DNA from: Chiloscyllium plagiosum
Taxonomy: Eukaryota
Length of the DNA stretch: 39,967 bases
Assembly (NCBI RefSeq): GCF_004010195.1
Contig: NC_057719.1
Coordinates: forward strand, 74,484,965 to 74,524,931
Direction: 5' to 3'
Shown: piece after piece, positions 21,628 through 33,930 of the stretch
Layout: each line of letters opens with the position of its first letter
Numbering within the stretch: position 1 is the stretch's first letter
Position numbers and translations under genes: made by a program
The notes under the pieces: model-generated
The model's database searches: none
Seen by the model: the letters and a program-made list of their open reading frames with translations, nothing else
Told to the model about the DNA's origin: nothing

Positions 21628-22288
21628 GTGGTTGTGCAGTATAGGATCATAAGACACAGAATTTATAACAAAAGTTTACAGTGTGATGTACATGAAATTA
21701 TATATTGAAAAAGACCTGGATTGTTTGTTAAGTCTCTCATCTTTTAGGATGACCATGTTGGTTTCAGTTCTTTCACATGTAAAGCACAGAACATTGTTTT
21801 AAACTTACATTCTCAAGTGAACCTTAACAATAGGTGCCATGTCATCTCAGATAATGCACTGAAGGTGTGAAGTGTCCTGTGTGAGACTGTCTGTGCCCCA
21901 ATGTTCAGACTGATTCTATTTCTAAAAAAGGGATTTACAGAATCTTACATAGTTTCATGCAGTTTTTAAGCAAATTAAAATATAATTCTGCAAGTACAAA
22001 TTCACTCCACAAACTTTTTGTGTGTCCTTGTGTGTCCGTGTGTGTGTGTGTAAAGGGGTGTAAGTCTGTGAGTGGGTGCTTGTGTGCGTGTGAGTGTGGG
22101 AGTGTATGTGTGAGCGTATGAGAGAGAGCTTGTATATGAGAGAGGGTCTGCATGAGTGTATGGGTCTGTGTGTGTGTGTGGTGCAGTGGGGTCACCTGTC
22201 TTGTGACGTGAACCCAAGGTCCCAGTTGAGGCCATCCCCATGGTTACCAAACTTGGCTATCAGCCTCTGCTTGGCCACTTCTCGTTGT

Positions 22289-22427
22289 AGGTAAAAACAA
22301 TGACTGCAGATGCTGGAAACCAGATTCTGGATCAATGGTGCTGGAAGAGCACAGCAGTTCAGGCAGCATCGAGGAGCTTCAGCAAAATCGACGTTTCGGG
22401 CAAAAGCCCTTCATCAGGAATAAAGGC
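22289..22427 (-). mobile_element. Penelope pLTR fragment nested inside the GIY-YIG coding region
   Basis: Close reverse complement of 13110-13248; hammerhead core 22390-22417 identical to 13122-13149. Confidence 0.88.
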
Positions 22428-23198
22428 CTGTCCCGAAGTCCGATTTGGAGGATGGTCACCCGAAGGTCCGAGATCGACTGTCCCGGATTGTTGAAGTGTT
22501 CTCTGACTTGGAAGGAACACTCCTGTCTGTTGATTGTTGTGTGGTGTCGATTCATCTGTTGCCATAGCCTCTGCTTGGTCTTGCCAATGTACCATGCCTC
22601 AGGGCATCCTTGCCTGTAGCGTATGAGATAGACAATATTGGCAGAGTCACATGAGTACCTGCCACGTACATGGTGGGCAGTGTCCCCACATGTCGACACT
22701 CTGATACGTCTTGCAGCATTTGCCATGACAGGGTTGTATGATGTTGTCCTGAGAGCCGGGAAGTTTGCTGCGAACAATGATCTGTTTGTGGTTTGGCGGT
22801 TGTTTAAAGGTGAGAAGTGGAGGCGTGGGGAAGGTCTTGGTGAGGTGCTTATCCTTATCGATAATGTGTTGCAGGCTGCGATGACCATGCCATGGTTTTT
22901 CAGCTCCTGGGAAGTACTGGACAATAAAGGTTACCCTGTTGGTTGCAGCTTGTGTCTGTCTCCTGAGGAGGTCATTACGGTTTCTTGCATGTTGGAACTG
23001 GAGATCGATGAATTGAGCATCGTACCCTGTACTTGTTTTGTGACATTCCTGGGTGTAGCGGGCTCAAGTATCAGCAAATGGATTGTGACTAGAGCTTGTC
23101 CTGAACTATTTTGGAACAAATACAATAAAGATTTGTGTTTGGAGTTGGTAAGTGATAAACGACTAAAGGAAGAATCAGATTTTAAACTATACTAAAAA

Positions 23199-26000
23199 AT
23201 GACACTTGTAACTGCTAAGGATAACCTGTAGGTGGCAGAGTTGTCCCTGACAAACTGAAAAGAGATCACAAAAGCCAAATCAATTGAATTGGCAAGTAAG
23301 TTATAAGTGGAATAGCCTACAGAGTTAAAAAAAAAATAGAGAAAGTGAAAGGGCCAGCACAACATTGGGCTTTAGGAAGGGACCAAGTATTCTGGTTCAT
23401 GAAACATCAGAATTAACGCAATAAGCACAAAGAAAAGATGAAAAATCTGGTGATAAAATTCCAGTGGGCAGAAATCGATAAAGAATGGGTATTGAGTTTA
23501 AAAAGTATGGAGGTGAGGAGGCTGGAATTAAAGATACCAGGGAAAGCTTAGTGTGAGTAACAAAAAGAGACCTCAGAACCTGAAGAGAACTCTGATGAAG
23601 CATGCCCTCGTCATAACCTGAAGTCCAGTCCGAAAATGTTTAAACGTGTACAACCTTCACCAAAATTTTAGGAAAGGGACGTGGAGTCATCCCTTATGTC
23701 ATTTGAGAAAATAGTGACTCAAATGAAATGAGCCAGAGGAAATCCAGACCTTGACTGTGGAAAGCAAATTGACAGATTTGCACAGGAAATCTATGCGCCA
23801 CTGTCAGGCAAGGTTTCGAGGAATTATGATAATGTTTAAAATAAAAGGTGCATATGAATTAACGTCTGGAACATATAGGCAAAAGTTCCAGAATTTAAGG
23901 AAACAGCCTGGGTAAACCTACATTGAATTCAAGTGCGTTAAGCAAAACAATTTTGACAGCTGCTGCAAACATTAGGAACAGAAATCACCTTTGAGACCCT
24001 CAGAGATTATTCTTCTGGAAGAATTTATAAACTCATGACATTTTGTAATAAGAACCCATGTTGAAGACCAAAGGGGAGCAATTGCTATGTAGGCAACAAT
24101 GATGACTGATGATTATGAGCTGGTCCAGTAACCGAAACCTTTTGTTTCCATTGTCCCCATTCATTGAAAAGGGTTAGTGAATTGGAGAGTGAAAGGAAAG
24201 CAAGAACGAGAGTGGATAGCTGCAACTATCTCAAGGTCTGTGCCTCAGACCAGGAATGCAGGAAGTGAGGCAGAGATGAAAATTCAAGGCTGAGGTGTTT
24301 CCATTGCATCAATGTGGAACATGTTCGGAATGTTGGAAGTTACAAGGAAGCCCACGGGATTATGAGGGTTCGTAAGAATAAATTGAAGATGAAACTCCGA
24401 AGGAAGATGCCACAGATCAAACTGTAGCTTTAACTACAACTCAGAGAGCTGAAGGAAACACTGTTGTGACTGCAGCAGAAGTGATAAGGTAGATGAGAGG
24501 TAGAAAGAGGTTTTGTCAACAGAAAAGGTAATCCCTTTTATCTTCAAAAGATGCAGTCAAGCCCATAACTAACGTAAGGGACACAACAGCTACTTAAACT
24601 CTTTTGCTGGAGATGGATTTACTATTCCCTCCACTGAATTCATTGGAAGTCAAAGTGTTAGAATACAGGATACATGGAGAGTATATCCGTGTGCCATTGT
24701 ACAAAGTCCAATTGGAGTATGACTTTCTGAACAGAGTTTTTAAGAAGTTATTCATGCTCTGAGTTGATTTACTCCAGGGGAATCATTTGACAGGAGTAAT
24801 TTCAGCTTCACCAAAATCACAGAAAGTCCAGGTGAGTCTAGAGACAGAACAATTGCAGGAGCACATTCCAAGTATTTTTCCAACCAGAGCAGTGGCTAAA
24901 CTAAGTCTATCACCAGAGGTCACAGCAATATCACGGGCAATTCTTCGAGTTGATGAAATTCTGTTTAAGAATGAGAATAGTTCTTAAGAGGTGTCAGGTA
25001 TGTCTTTGAGGTGCAGGAAGCAGATCCAGTATTAAGTAAGTTAGCAAAGGCAGCTCCCAGTGAGGCTGAAGGAGTTCTGGAGGGCTAATATATTAAAAAC
25101 AGAGTCCTGATGGGGAAGTGGAGATATTCTCATGGACCTGCAGATGAAGAAGGGACAGTTGTTCAACAATTAGGGGTACTGCCTGGATATCATAAGGAGA
25201 CATTGTGAGGAGCATAAGAAGTTCCTTTGGCAAGACATGGAGGAATATGGAAAATGCAAGCGTTGATAACCAGATATTTTATATGACCTTCATAAGGATG
25301 TAGTGACAGTCTGTAAAATGTGACATTCTTGCCAGGCAGTATGAAAACCTCCACATGTAATCAAACCAGCATCTTTGATATCAACAACAGTTTTGAAGAA
25401 CCATTCAGTTGAATGCCACTAGATTGAGCTGGATGATTACCAAAAGTTAAAAGTCGGACAGCATTATTCCTCGCAATTATTAAATGCCAGCCTGATTTCC
25501 AGAAGCTATCATTTTAAGGACAGCCACAGCTAAGATAGTTGTGAAGAAATTAGCATAGTTTTTTTGTTACTCGTTATGGCCTATCAATTGAAATGCAATC
25601 TGATCAAGTTTCTAACTTTATATCTAAAGGCTTCTAGGACTTCATCAGTTTTGGTATAAAACAATTAAAGTCAACAGTATATCATCTTCAAACACCTGAA
25701 CTTTGCAGAGATACCATCAGACTCTTGAAACCATGATTAAGGCTTACTATTGCAACTACCTATAGGACTGGGACAAATGATTAGGCTTCTTACTGTTTTT
25801 AACCAGAGTTTCCCGAAATGAATTTACTGCATTTAGTTCAGTTGATTGATCTACAGGCATGGGATAAGAGGTCCAATAAAATAGATTGAGAAGTTCATAA
25901 GACAAAAAGGTACACCTCCAGTGTTGGAATACATGTCCATTTTTTCCAAAACACTGAGGAGCACGTAAAGTAGAAAAGACCATTTAAAAGTTTCACAGGC
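23199..26000 (+). mobile_element. Decayed Gmr1-like Gypsy LTR retrotransposon (gag-SCAN, knuckle, protease, integrase; truncated before RT)
   Basis: AYELTSGTYRQKFQNLRKQPG*TYIEF (23850, SCAN-like); LRCFHC (~24290); PITNVRDTTAT (24562, protease); KDVVTVCKM*HSCQ (25294), RYGLSIEMQSDQVSNF (25572), QRYHQTLETMIKAY (25706) for integrase; many stops. Confidence 0.88.
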
Positions 26001-26099
26001 AAAAATATACGTGTATTGCCTTAGCAAAGTAAACCTCTGAAAGTGAAATCTATTGAGTTGGGAAGAGTAAAAACCAGGGATCATAACCTTAACATATCG

Positions 26100-26210
26100 T
26101 GTTAGGCAATTAGGATTGAGGAAAGATGTCCTCAATCAAAGGGTGATCAACTTGTGGCACTTTCTACCACAGATGGCTGTGGTGGTCGAGTCATTGAACG
26201 TATTCACACG
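26100..26210 (+). mobile_element. CR1 fragment
   Basis: tcaaagggtgatcaacttgtggcactttctaccacagatggctgtgg..gagtcattgaacgtattca. Confidence 0.55.
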
Positions 26211-26385
26211 TGTGAATTTTCCAAAGAATCTATCTAGTCAGCTAAATAACATACTACAATTATTTGAGGAACATATACTACTTAGCTGATTCAAAGTCTA
26301 TCACCAGAGGTCGCAACAATATCATGAGCAATTCTCAGAGTGGATGAAACTCTGTTTAACAATGAGGATAGTTCATAAGAGGTGT

Positions 26386-26460
26386 ATGGAAATACTTGGT
26401 AGGTCAGATGACATCTGTGGAGAGAGAAACAGAGTTGATGTTTCAAGTCAATGATTTTTC
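26386..26460 (-). mobile_element. Penelope pLTR fragment, decayed
   Basis: tggaaatact..aggtcagatgacatctgtggagagagaaacagagttgatgtttcaagtc. Confidence 0.55.
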
Positions 26461-26537
26461 TAACTCTACATCTACTTCCAGGCTTCATCATGTTTCTTAC
26501 ATTTTCTGTTGTTACTGGAAATTTCCTGTTTGGTGAT

Positions 26538-26742
26538 TGGAACGAGGTCAGCCAGGTGGCCCTCAGACAATAGGAGTTCTCTGATTTAGGCTGTTAATCT
26601 GGTCCAATCAGGGAACCCTGGCTGACATATATAAACAGGAGTGTCAAGGGCTCCCTTCACTCTGAAATGCAGCCCTGAGGGAGCCAGACCACTGCCAAGG
26701 ACTCTCCCCAGTGAATAAAGGGTGACTTGGGTGATGGGATTA
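26538..26742 (+). mobile_element. Solo LTR, copy 2 (3' end truncated)
   Basis: tggaacgaggtcagccagg..ccaatcagggaaccctggctgacatatataaacaggagtgtc..aataaagggtgacttgg; empty at the TATA insertion site. Confidence 0.75.
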
Positions 26743-27605
26743 CTTTTTAAGTATAAAATGCAAATATTCCTCTACTTTTGAGATGCCCAATCCTATTATT
26801 AACCTTCACCTTTACCCACCTTCCTGTGCTTAGTGTTGGCCGTGGCTCAGTGTGTCTTACCTCTGAATTATCCAGCTTTGGAGTCAAGAAAAAAATGACA
26901 AGAGGTAAACTGAAAAACTGAGATTGAGTACAATTGTAGAGTCAGACATGGCAAAGGCATATTATGGAGTATAATGATACCAACACATTGTGAACAAGAT
27001 GTTCTCAGATCCTATATGACCTCACAATGGTTACTTCAACAAAGTTTCTGTTCCAGAACACAATGTTTTAAAGCTGTGAGCTTTTATCCACCAGTTACAC
27101 TTATTATTATATAATTTACTTTATGATATATTTTAATTATAAAACATTAATATCAGATGTGTTTTTCACTCATTCACTGTGAAGTATTTGCACAAAATCT
27201 TGCTGCCCAATTTCCTCTGCACATTTTTATAGGTTGGCTTTGTACTGCAAATGTTTTCAATTTGCTACGTCTGTAATATGTTTCAAAACATAGTAGCAGC
27301 CATGAAATGACGTCTCAGGGAGAGAGGAAAGAAAACAGTTAACAGCTCCAGCTAATCTGAGGAAACGTAACAACAATTTGTATTTATACAGTGCCCTCCA
27401 TGTAATAACACACAGGAAGAAGAATGATATAAAGTGACAACTGGTAATGAGCCACTTGTACCAGCAACTATTAGAGCAGTTGGCCAAAGGTTTCGACAAA
27501 GATCTAGGCTTTATGGAGTGTCGCAAGAAGCAAAGTGAGGTAGAGATGCAGAGGGATCTAGGAAAGGAGTTTCAGAACATAGCGCCTGGGCCACTGAAAA
27601 TGTAC

Positions 27606-28462
27606 AGGAGGCCTTCTCTGGAGTACTATGAAACAGTTCTGGTCACCCTGCTATAGGAAGGATATTATTATTATTAAATTAGAGAGGGTTCAGGAAAGAT
27701 TTACCAGGATATTGCTGGGAATGAGGGTTTGAGTTAGACTGGACTAGATTCCCTACAGTATGGAAATAGGCCCTTCAGGCCAACAAGTCCACACTGACTC
27801 TCCAAAGCATAATCCACCCAGACCCATTCCCCTACCCATTATTTACTCCTGACACTATGGGCAATTTAGCATGGCCAATTCATCTAACCTGCACATCTTT
27901 GGATGGTGGGAGGAAACTGGAGCACCCAGAGGGAGAATGTGCAAACTCCACACAGACAGTCACCTGAGGCGGGAATTGAACCCAGGTCCCTGGTGCTGTG
28001 AGGTGGCAGCGTGAGCCACTGTGCCATCAGATATAAGGAGAGGCTGGAAAGACTGGAACTTTTTTCATTGGAGTGTAGGACGTTGAGGGGTGATCTTAAA
28101 GAGGTTTACAAAATAATGAGGGGCATAGATAAGATGAATAACAAAGATCTTTCTATGAGGGTGTGTAAGTTCAAAACTAGGGGGCATATTTTTCAGGTGA
28201 GAGGAGAAAGGTTTAAAAAGGACCTGAGGGGCAACTTTTTCACACAGAGGGTGACTCATATGTAAAATGAACTGCCAGAGGAAGTGGTAGATGCAGGTAC
28301 AGTTACAACATTTAGAAGACATTTGGACAAGTACATGAATAAGAAAGGGTTACAGAGATATGGGCTAAACACATGCAACTGGGACTAGTTTAGATTGGGA
28401 AACTTGGTCAGCGTGGACGAGTTGGACCAAAGGATCTGCTTCCATGATGTATGACTCTATGT
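27606..28462 (+). mobile_element. CR1 LINE 3' fragment interrupted by HE1
   Basis: ctggagtacta..cagttctggtcacc..gagagggttcaggaaagatttaccagg; YKERLERLELFSLECRTLRGDLKEVYKIMRG; tatgactctatg tail. Confidence 0.9.
27736..28028 (-). mobile_element. HE1 / V-SINE
   Basis: Reverse complement of 7619-7945 (ccaacaagtccacac..atttagcatggccaattca..gtgcaaactccacacag..gggaattgaaccc). Confidence 0.92.
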
Positions 28463-29974
28463 GACCACAAATGGTAAAGCAATTAAAATGCAGTATTAGA
28501 TGGATGGAGATATCTCACAGATGTGTGTGTGTGTGAGTCGGGGAGGTGGGAACGGTGGCAGCAATGGATGAGGCATGTAAAAACACATCTGAGATTTTAA
28601 AATCTAGGTGATGCTTGACCAGGAACAAATGTCAGTTAGCAGGCACAGGGATCATTGTAAAATGGGACTTATTCCAAATGTCGGCAGGTTGAAGCAGAGT
28701 TTTGGATATTGTCAGCTACAGCGAGAGTAGGTACTTGTGTCCTTGACCATTTCAGTCCTTTAGCAGAATGCTGATTGGAAGGATTCAAAAATGGACTTCC
28801 AACAAAGAAAGGAAATATATCAGATGTTGATAGTAAGTGGGTTCAGATCGTCATTTCATTCAAATACTCACCTAACGGATTTACTTAAATAAAGTTGACA
28901 ACGGAGATGTTTGTAAACACACTGTTGACTGCAACAGAGAAAAGGTGTATTGGCTTTCTCAACTGGGCTTGAGGGTTAAGAAAATGAAAGCCATGAGGAT
29001 ATATGATGGTGCTATTTTGGATTATTATGCTAGCCCCTTTTTGGGACAGTCCTAAATCAGCAGCACCTCCCAGCTGATTCCTCTCAATGTTAGATTGGGG
29101 AAGGCAAATTGCAAATTGGTCTGAAGAGCTGATCAGTTCTCCCTGAAGGAAAGGAATGTGCTGACAGTATTCTCTGAATAGCCTTGTTAACAAATCTAAA
29201 TCAGATTATAACATCCCAGAGACTATAAGAATCTGGGAGCTACTCACCAGTCATGTACTCCTGTATTAAACAGAGAATGTACTCCCTTGCCAAGTAGAAT
29301 ATGGAGTCTGGTTGCTGACTGTTAGAGATAGAGAGGACTATGTGAGCTAATATAAATTGTAAGACATATGGAAGTTTCTTTTTCGAATGGACATGATTGA
29401 AAGTTGAGTTGAAACAATCACTTGCAATGTTAAATGGATTCTAGGAAAAAGAGGGAAAATTCAATCTTCTTTCTTGTAGAAAGTCCAGTTTTAAATTCCA
29501 ATTATTGTCTCAGCAAAATATCTTAAGGCAAGTATCCTTAGTTATCAAAATAATACTTAACTTAATTTTCCAAGTTAAACTTTTGGATTAGTGAAATGAC
29601 TGTGTCCCAGTTACCTTTGCTGAGTCTCAGTGGCTAAACATTTGTCTTGAAGTAAAACTTACTGTTATATATTCAGAGATTCTGAGAATCTCATGTCTGT
29701 CGTTTGTGTTTAATGCTTTTTGAGGTTGCATAGTTAAATTCTTAAATATAAAGGTGGTACTCCAAGAAAATGCACATAATTGCACAATTTTACACATGCT
29801 GTGTACCTCAGTGATTCAAGGTTACGAGCTTGAATCTTTCATTAGAAAGAAATCTGCATTTCAAAATTGCAACATGGCTCTAAATTATAAAAAAAACTGT
29901 TTGACATGGTCTAGGTTTTACAGAATAAAGTTATCCTATCAAAGCCTACATTGTTTGATACTGTACTACAGCAC

Positions 29975-30625
29975 AAACAAAAACTATGTCCAGCTGGGTG
30001 AGAGATCAGAAGATTGGCATGACATAAAATCAGCAAAGAATAACTAAGAAAAAAGGGAGCAAAGATTATAAGAGAAAGGTCGCAAGAAGTATAAAAACAG
30101 ATACAAAGAGTTTCTATAAAAATTCAAAGATGCGGTGTTGATAAAGTGAGCACTGACCCGATCTAAAGTGAGGCTGGGGAATTAATAATGGAAAATAAGG
30201 AACTGGCAGATGAGTTGAACAGGGATTTTGTATCAGTCTTAAGTTTAAAGATACAGGTAACATTCCAGAAATAGCTGTAAATCAGGAATGGAAAGTAATA
30301 AATGTAACTCCTTTGTTCAAAAAAGGAGGAAGAACGAAAGCAGGAAACTATATGCCAGTTAACTTAAAAGTTGTCATAGGGAAAACATTAGAAGCTATTA
30401 TTAAAGACATTTTAGCAGGGCATGTTTTTAAAGTTCAAGTTAATCAGGCAGTGTCAACATGGTTTTATGAAAGACAAATCATGTTTAATTAATTTGCTGG
30501 TGTTGTTTGTTAAGTAATGTGTTGTGGATAAAGAGGAACTGGGAGATTTACAATACTTAGATTTCCAAAAGATACTTGATAAGATGTCACATCAACAGTT
30601 ATTGCTGAAAATAAAAGCTTGCTGT
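29975..30625 (+). mobile_element. CR1 LINE ORF2 (tether/RT N-terminal) fragment
   Basis: NVTPLFKKGGRTKAGNYMPVNL, QHGFMKDKSCLINLL and a DFQKxxDKxxH-like motif. Confidence 0.85.
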
Positions 30626-30634
30626 GTTGATTCC

Positions 30635-31600
30635 TCATCACCATACATGGCCTCTTCCCACAAAGGTGTAACACCTGCCCTTTCACCTCCCTTCTCACTG
30701 TGAAAGGCTCTCAAAAACACTTCGCAGAAGCAGCATTTCATTTATACTTTTTCCAAATCTATTTGACTGTGTTAACTGTTCATAATGCAGCTTCCTTTAG
30801 GCTGGTCAGACCAACCACAGACTGGGTGATCAATTAATGGAAGATGTCCATTCTGTCTGTAAGAATGATATTGGCCTGCCATTTGCTTGCCCTTTCAAAC
30901 CATCTTGTTCTCTTGCTAACATTTCCATCCTGGGTCTGCTAGAGTGTTCCAACAAAGAACAAAGTAAGTTCAAGAAATTATACCTAATTTTCACCTTGGC
31001 ACCTTATATGCTTTAGGACTCAATGATGAGTGTAACAATTTCAGATCATGACTTCTGTCCTCTGTTTGATTGCAACCCAGTCGTATCTTAACCATTTACT
31101 CCTTTTCACACCCATCATTTACACCTCTTTCACATTTCTATCACTCTTTTACCAACGCTAACACTCACTTGGTCTTTGCGTGGGTCATCCTCACTATCTA
31201 TTCCAATTGCTCCTCCTCCCCCTCCTGCATCAACATAATAACGACTATTTCCAGCTCCTTCTAGTTCTGAATAAGAGACATATTGAACTTGAAATATGAA
31301 GTGTTTCTGAAATAACTCCACAAAGGCTGGTATCCCATCACTAAGTTGCCCTTTATTTACACATGTACATGACACTGACCCAGCTAGTTCAGAGCTGGCT
31401 CCTAGTCTGACTCTCCTGTTTATATCTGTCAGCCAGGGCTCCCTGATTGGGGTTGTTAATCTGGTCCAATCAGGGAACTCATATTCTATGACATTCACCT
31501 GCCTGACTTTGTTCCAACCACTACAGCTTCCTTCTCTACTGTTGTTTCCTGACAATCTGCGTTTTGCCAGCATTTTCTCTACTTATTTCAGATTTGCAGT
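30635..31600 (+). mobile_element. Decayed Penelope-like element (GIY-YIG + pLTR) interrupted by a solo LTR
   Basis: RCNTCPFTS (30664), GQTNHRLGDQLMED (GETKRRLGDRFxEH-like), pLTR remnants either side of 31308-31516. Confidence 0.7.
31308..31516 (-). mobile_element. Solo LTR, copy 3
   Basis: Minus strand tggaacaaagtcagg..ccctgattgg..ccaatcagggagccctggctgacagatataaacaggagagtc..aataaagggcaacttagtgatgggatacc..ttatttca. Confidence 0.78.
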
Positions 31601-31639
31601 TTTTTCTTACAAATTCTTTTTTTCTTACACACTGCCATG

Positions 31640-31850
31640 AGACTTTGGATCTGTCTTCCTCAAAAGGTAGTGGAGGCAGAGCCTTTGAATATTTTTATGG
31701 CAGATGTAGACAGATTCTCGAAAAGAAGGCAGGTGAAAGGTTATCAAGGGGTAAATGGAAATGTGGAGTGATCAGATCCACTATGATCTTACGGAATGAT
31801 GGAGCAGGCTTTACAGGACATGTGGCCTACTTCCTTACCTAATTTGTATA
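31640..31850 (+). mobile_element. CR1 LINE 3' end
   Basis: cttcctcaaaaggtagtggaggcagagcctttgaatattttt..gatcagatccactatgatctt..gaatgatggagcaggct. Confidence 0.75.
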
Positions 31851-33221
31851 TTGTCTTTCCTGATAATGTACAGAAAAGTATGCTGATTGGCAGTTTCTGG
31901 ATGTGTATCTTTCTTATCTCTGGTTTTGTATTGCCATTGGGAAAAATCTATATCTGCCCAGGTATGAAGGTAGTTTATTTTTAGAAAGGAGGCCTTTTTT
32001 ACTTTTAGTTCTTATCTACTGGAAAATAATTCTTATGCCGATAACCCTTCATTATAACTATATTTCTTTGCACGGATTCCTTTTCCGAATGAGAGATCTG
32101 AACACGACTATAGAATATGAAGATGTTTTGGTTAGATTGCTCCTTTCTCTGGCTAAATCAAACTAACTCATTGAAATGTGGAAATGTTTGAGTCCTCTTC
32201 AGATGGACACATATAACATGGATCATTTGTCATCTCAGTATGGTTCAAGTGGAAAAGGATGCTGACATTTCTTTTATCTTCATCTTCTTTCCTGACTTTT
32301 TCTTTCACTTACGGAGATTGATGTACCACTCTTGCCTTTTTTCAGTCGATAAACATGCTGCTGAGACACTGTGGTGATCCCAGATTACACCTCTTTACAT
32401 TATGTTGCATCAGCTGAAGTGGAAAGAGCAGAGTGGAAACAGTGAACGGCCTCAGAGTTCCTTGGGCTAGCTAAATGAGGAAAATAGACCAGACTTTCCC
32501 ATTCCTGTTCACCAAAACCCACTGAAAATCTCTGGCTGGAAGAAACATCGACCTTGGCTTCAATGGCTTCTGAAGAATAGCCCATCTTTATGAGATATTG
32601 GGACATGAGCAAATATTCTAATTTCTTGACAGGATGTCGAAAATTGAGGAAAAGTATATACTGAAGAAATAATTTAAGAAGATATACCTAAATATTGATT
32701 TGCATACAGTTTACTCTTCCAAACCATTTGGAGGTGCTATTGATATTAGATGTAGTTGAGAGATACCAAAGTTTTATGAAATCCACAGAATATGATTTGA
32801 TCTGGTTTATTTACAGTCACATGTATTTTGTTGCAAAAATACGGTGAAGAGTGTTGCATCGAGTCACCACTCTCCAACGCCTTTTAAAATGCAGAAAAAT
32901 AAACCAAAATATTGAGTGTAAAGCCAGAAGAATGAAGAAGTAAAGAAAAAATGTTCAGCTTTACAGTTCTCCGCATTAAGTGTTCCACCAGGGGTCATGG
33001 GCCTGGTAGCCAGGCACGAGTCCCCTTCCCCGCATTGCCGCCATCACTGGAACGAAAGTCGCCATTCTTCGGCGCCATCTTGCCTCCAATGACGCCCTCC
33101 CCACTTTGTGTTCTCGATGGGCCTTGCCAATACAGATACCACGCATGCTGGCGGCAACCAGAACTCAACTCCGCCGCTGCCAGGAGTCCATTTCGGGCCC
33201 AGTCTCTACTGGAACTTAATA

Positions 33222-33542
33222 AAAAGGGGGCTTATTTATGTAATACTTTTCACAAGTACAGATGGTCTCTTTGTAGCCAATGAAAAGCATTTTAATGTGT
33301 CACCATTGTGATAATGTAGGAAACAGAACAGCCATTACATTCGGCAACAATAATGACCAAATAATGTGTTTCTTATGATATTGATTGAGGGATAGATATC
33401 AGCCAGGACACCAGTCAACCCAAACACAGAGACAAGGCCTCAGTTTAATACCTCAATCAAAGACTACAGCTCCAATAGCACAATGCCCCTCAATACAGCA
33501 CTGTAACTTGTGCTTCAGGGACTGGAGTGAGACTTGAACTTG
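33222..33542 (-). mobile_element. DeuSINE (SacSINE1-like)
   Basis: tagccaatgaa..atgtaggaaac..gttgattgagggata-like ttgattgagggatagatatcagccaggacacc..ggcctcagtttaa..ctggagtgagacttgaac. Confidence 0.75.
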
Positions 33543-33544
33543 GA

Positions 33545-33930
33545 ATCACACAAACATATGAAATAGTAGCAGAAGTGGACCATGCAGCCCCTTGAGCTTG
33601 CTCTGCTGTTCAATAAGATCCATTTGTGTTTGAATTCCACATTTCCATTTATCTCCAATCTCCAAATAATTTGCAAACTAAAATGAAACAAAGACTACAG
33701 ATGCTGGAAATCTGAAATGAAAATAGAATCTATCCACCTTAAAAATTCTCAATGACCACTGCCTCCAAGCTAAGAGTTCCAAAGTCATACAAGTCTCTCA
33801 GTGAAATAATTTCTCTTTATTTCTGAGCTAAAAGGACGAGACTTGATTTTATAATGCTGTGTTTTAACTCTTGACTGACCTACAAAAGGAAACATCCTTT
33901 CCACATCCTCCTCATAGGATCTTGTTTTTC
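33545..33930 (-). mobile_element. CR1 LINE 3' end, decayed
   Basis: catatgaaatagtagcagaagtggaccatgcagccccttgagcttgctctgctgttcaataagatc. Confidence 0.7.

Larger units (their letters stand above)
21506..23030 (-). mobile_element. Penelope-like element 3' portion with GIY-YIG endonuclease and pLTR
   Basis: ORF 22379-22924 GRYSCDSANIVYLIRYRQGCPEAWYIGKTKQRL..MNRH..VREHF; continues after the nested insert as QRLIAKFGNHGDGLNWDLGF to a stop at ~22192; (TG)-rich tract 22020-22180. Confidence 0.92.
21035..23105 (+). mobile_element. Probable 5' LTR/leader of the downstream Gypsy element, split by the Penelope insertion (may begin ~19800)
   Basis: T-rich U5-like tract 21270-21505 resumes at ~23030; tagagcttgtcctga (~23090-23104) resembles a degenerate tRNA-Pro PBS (TGGGGGCTCGTCCGG) just before gag. 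Confidence 0.35.
27370..28800 (-). mobile_element. L2-clade LINE 3' portion interrupted by CR1
   Basis: caacaatttgtatttatacagtgcc tail; gaggtagagatgcagagggatctaggaaaggagtttcaga; resumes after 28465 with gagattttaaaatctaggtg..gcagagttttggat. Confidence 0.6.

Noticed and set aside
22020..22180. (TG)-rich repeat and His/Thr-rich ORFs
   Set aside because: Low-complexity tract inside the Penelope 3' region; the ORFs are compositional artefacts.
31860..32660. Possible coding exon or pseudogene (minus ORF 32400-32612, acceptor-like ttcttcag near 32661, GTAAGT at 32312)
   Set aside because: Translations match no protein family I recognise and stops interrupt every frame; a BLASTX would be needed.
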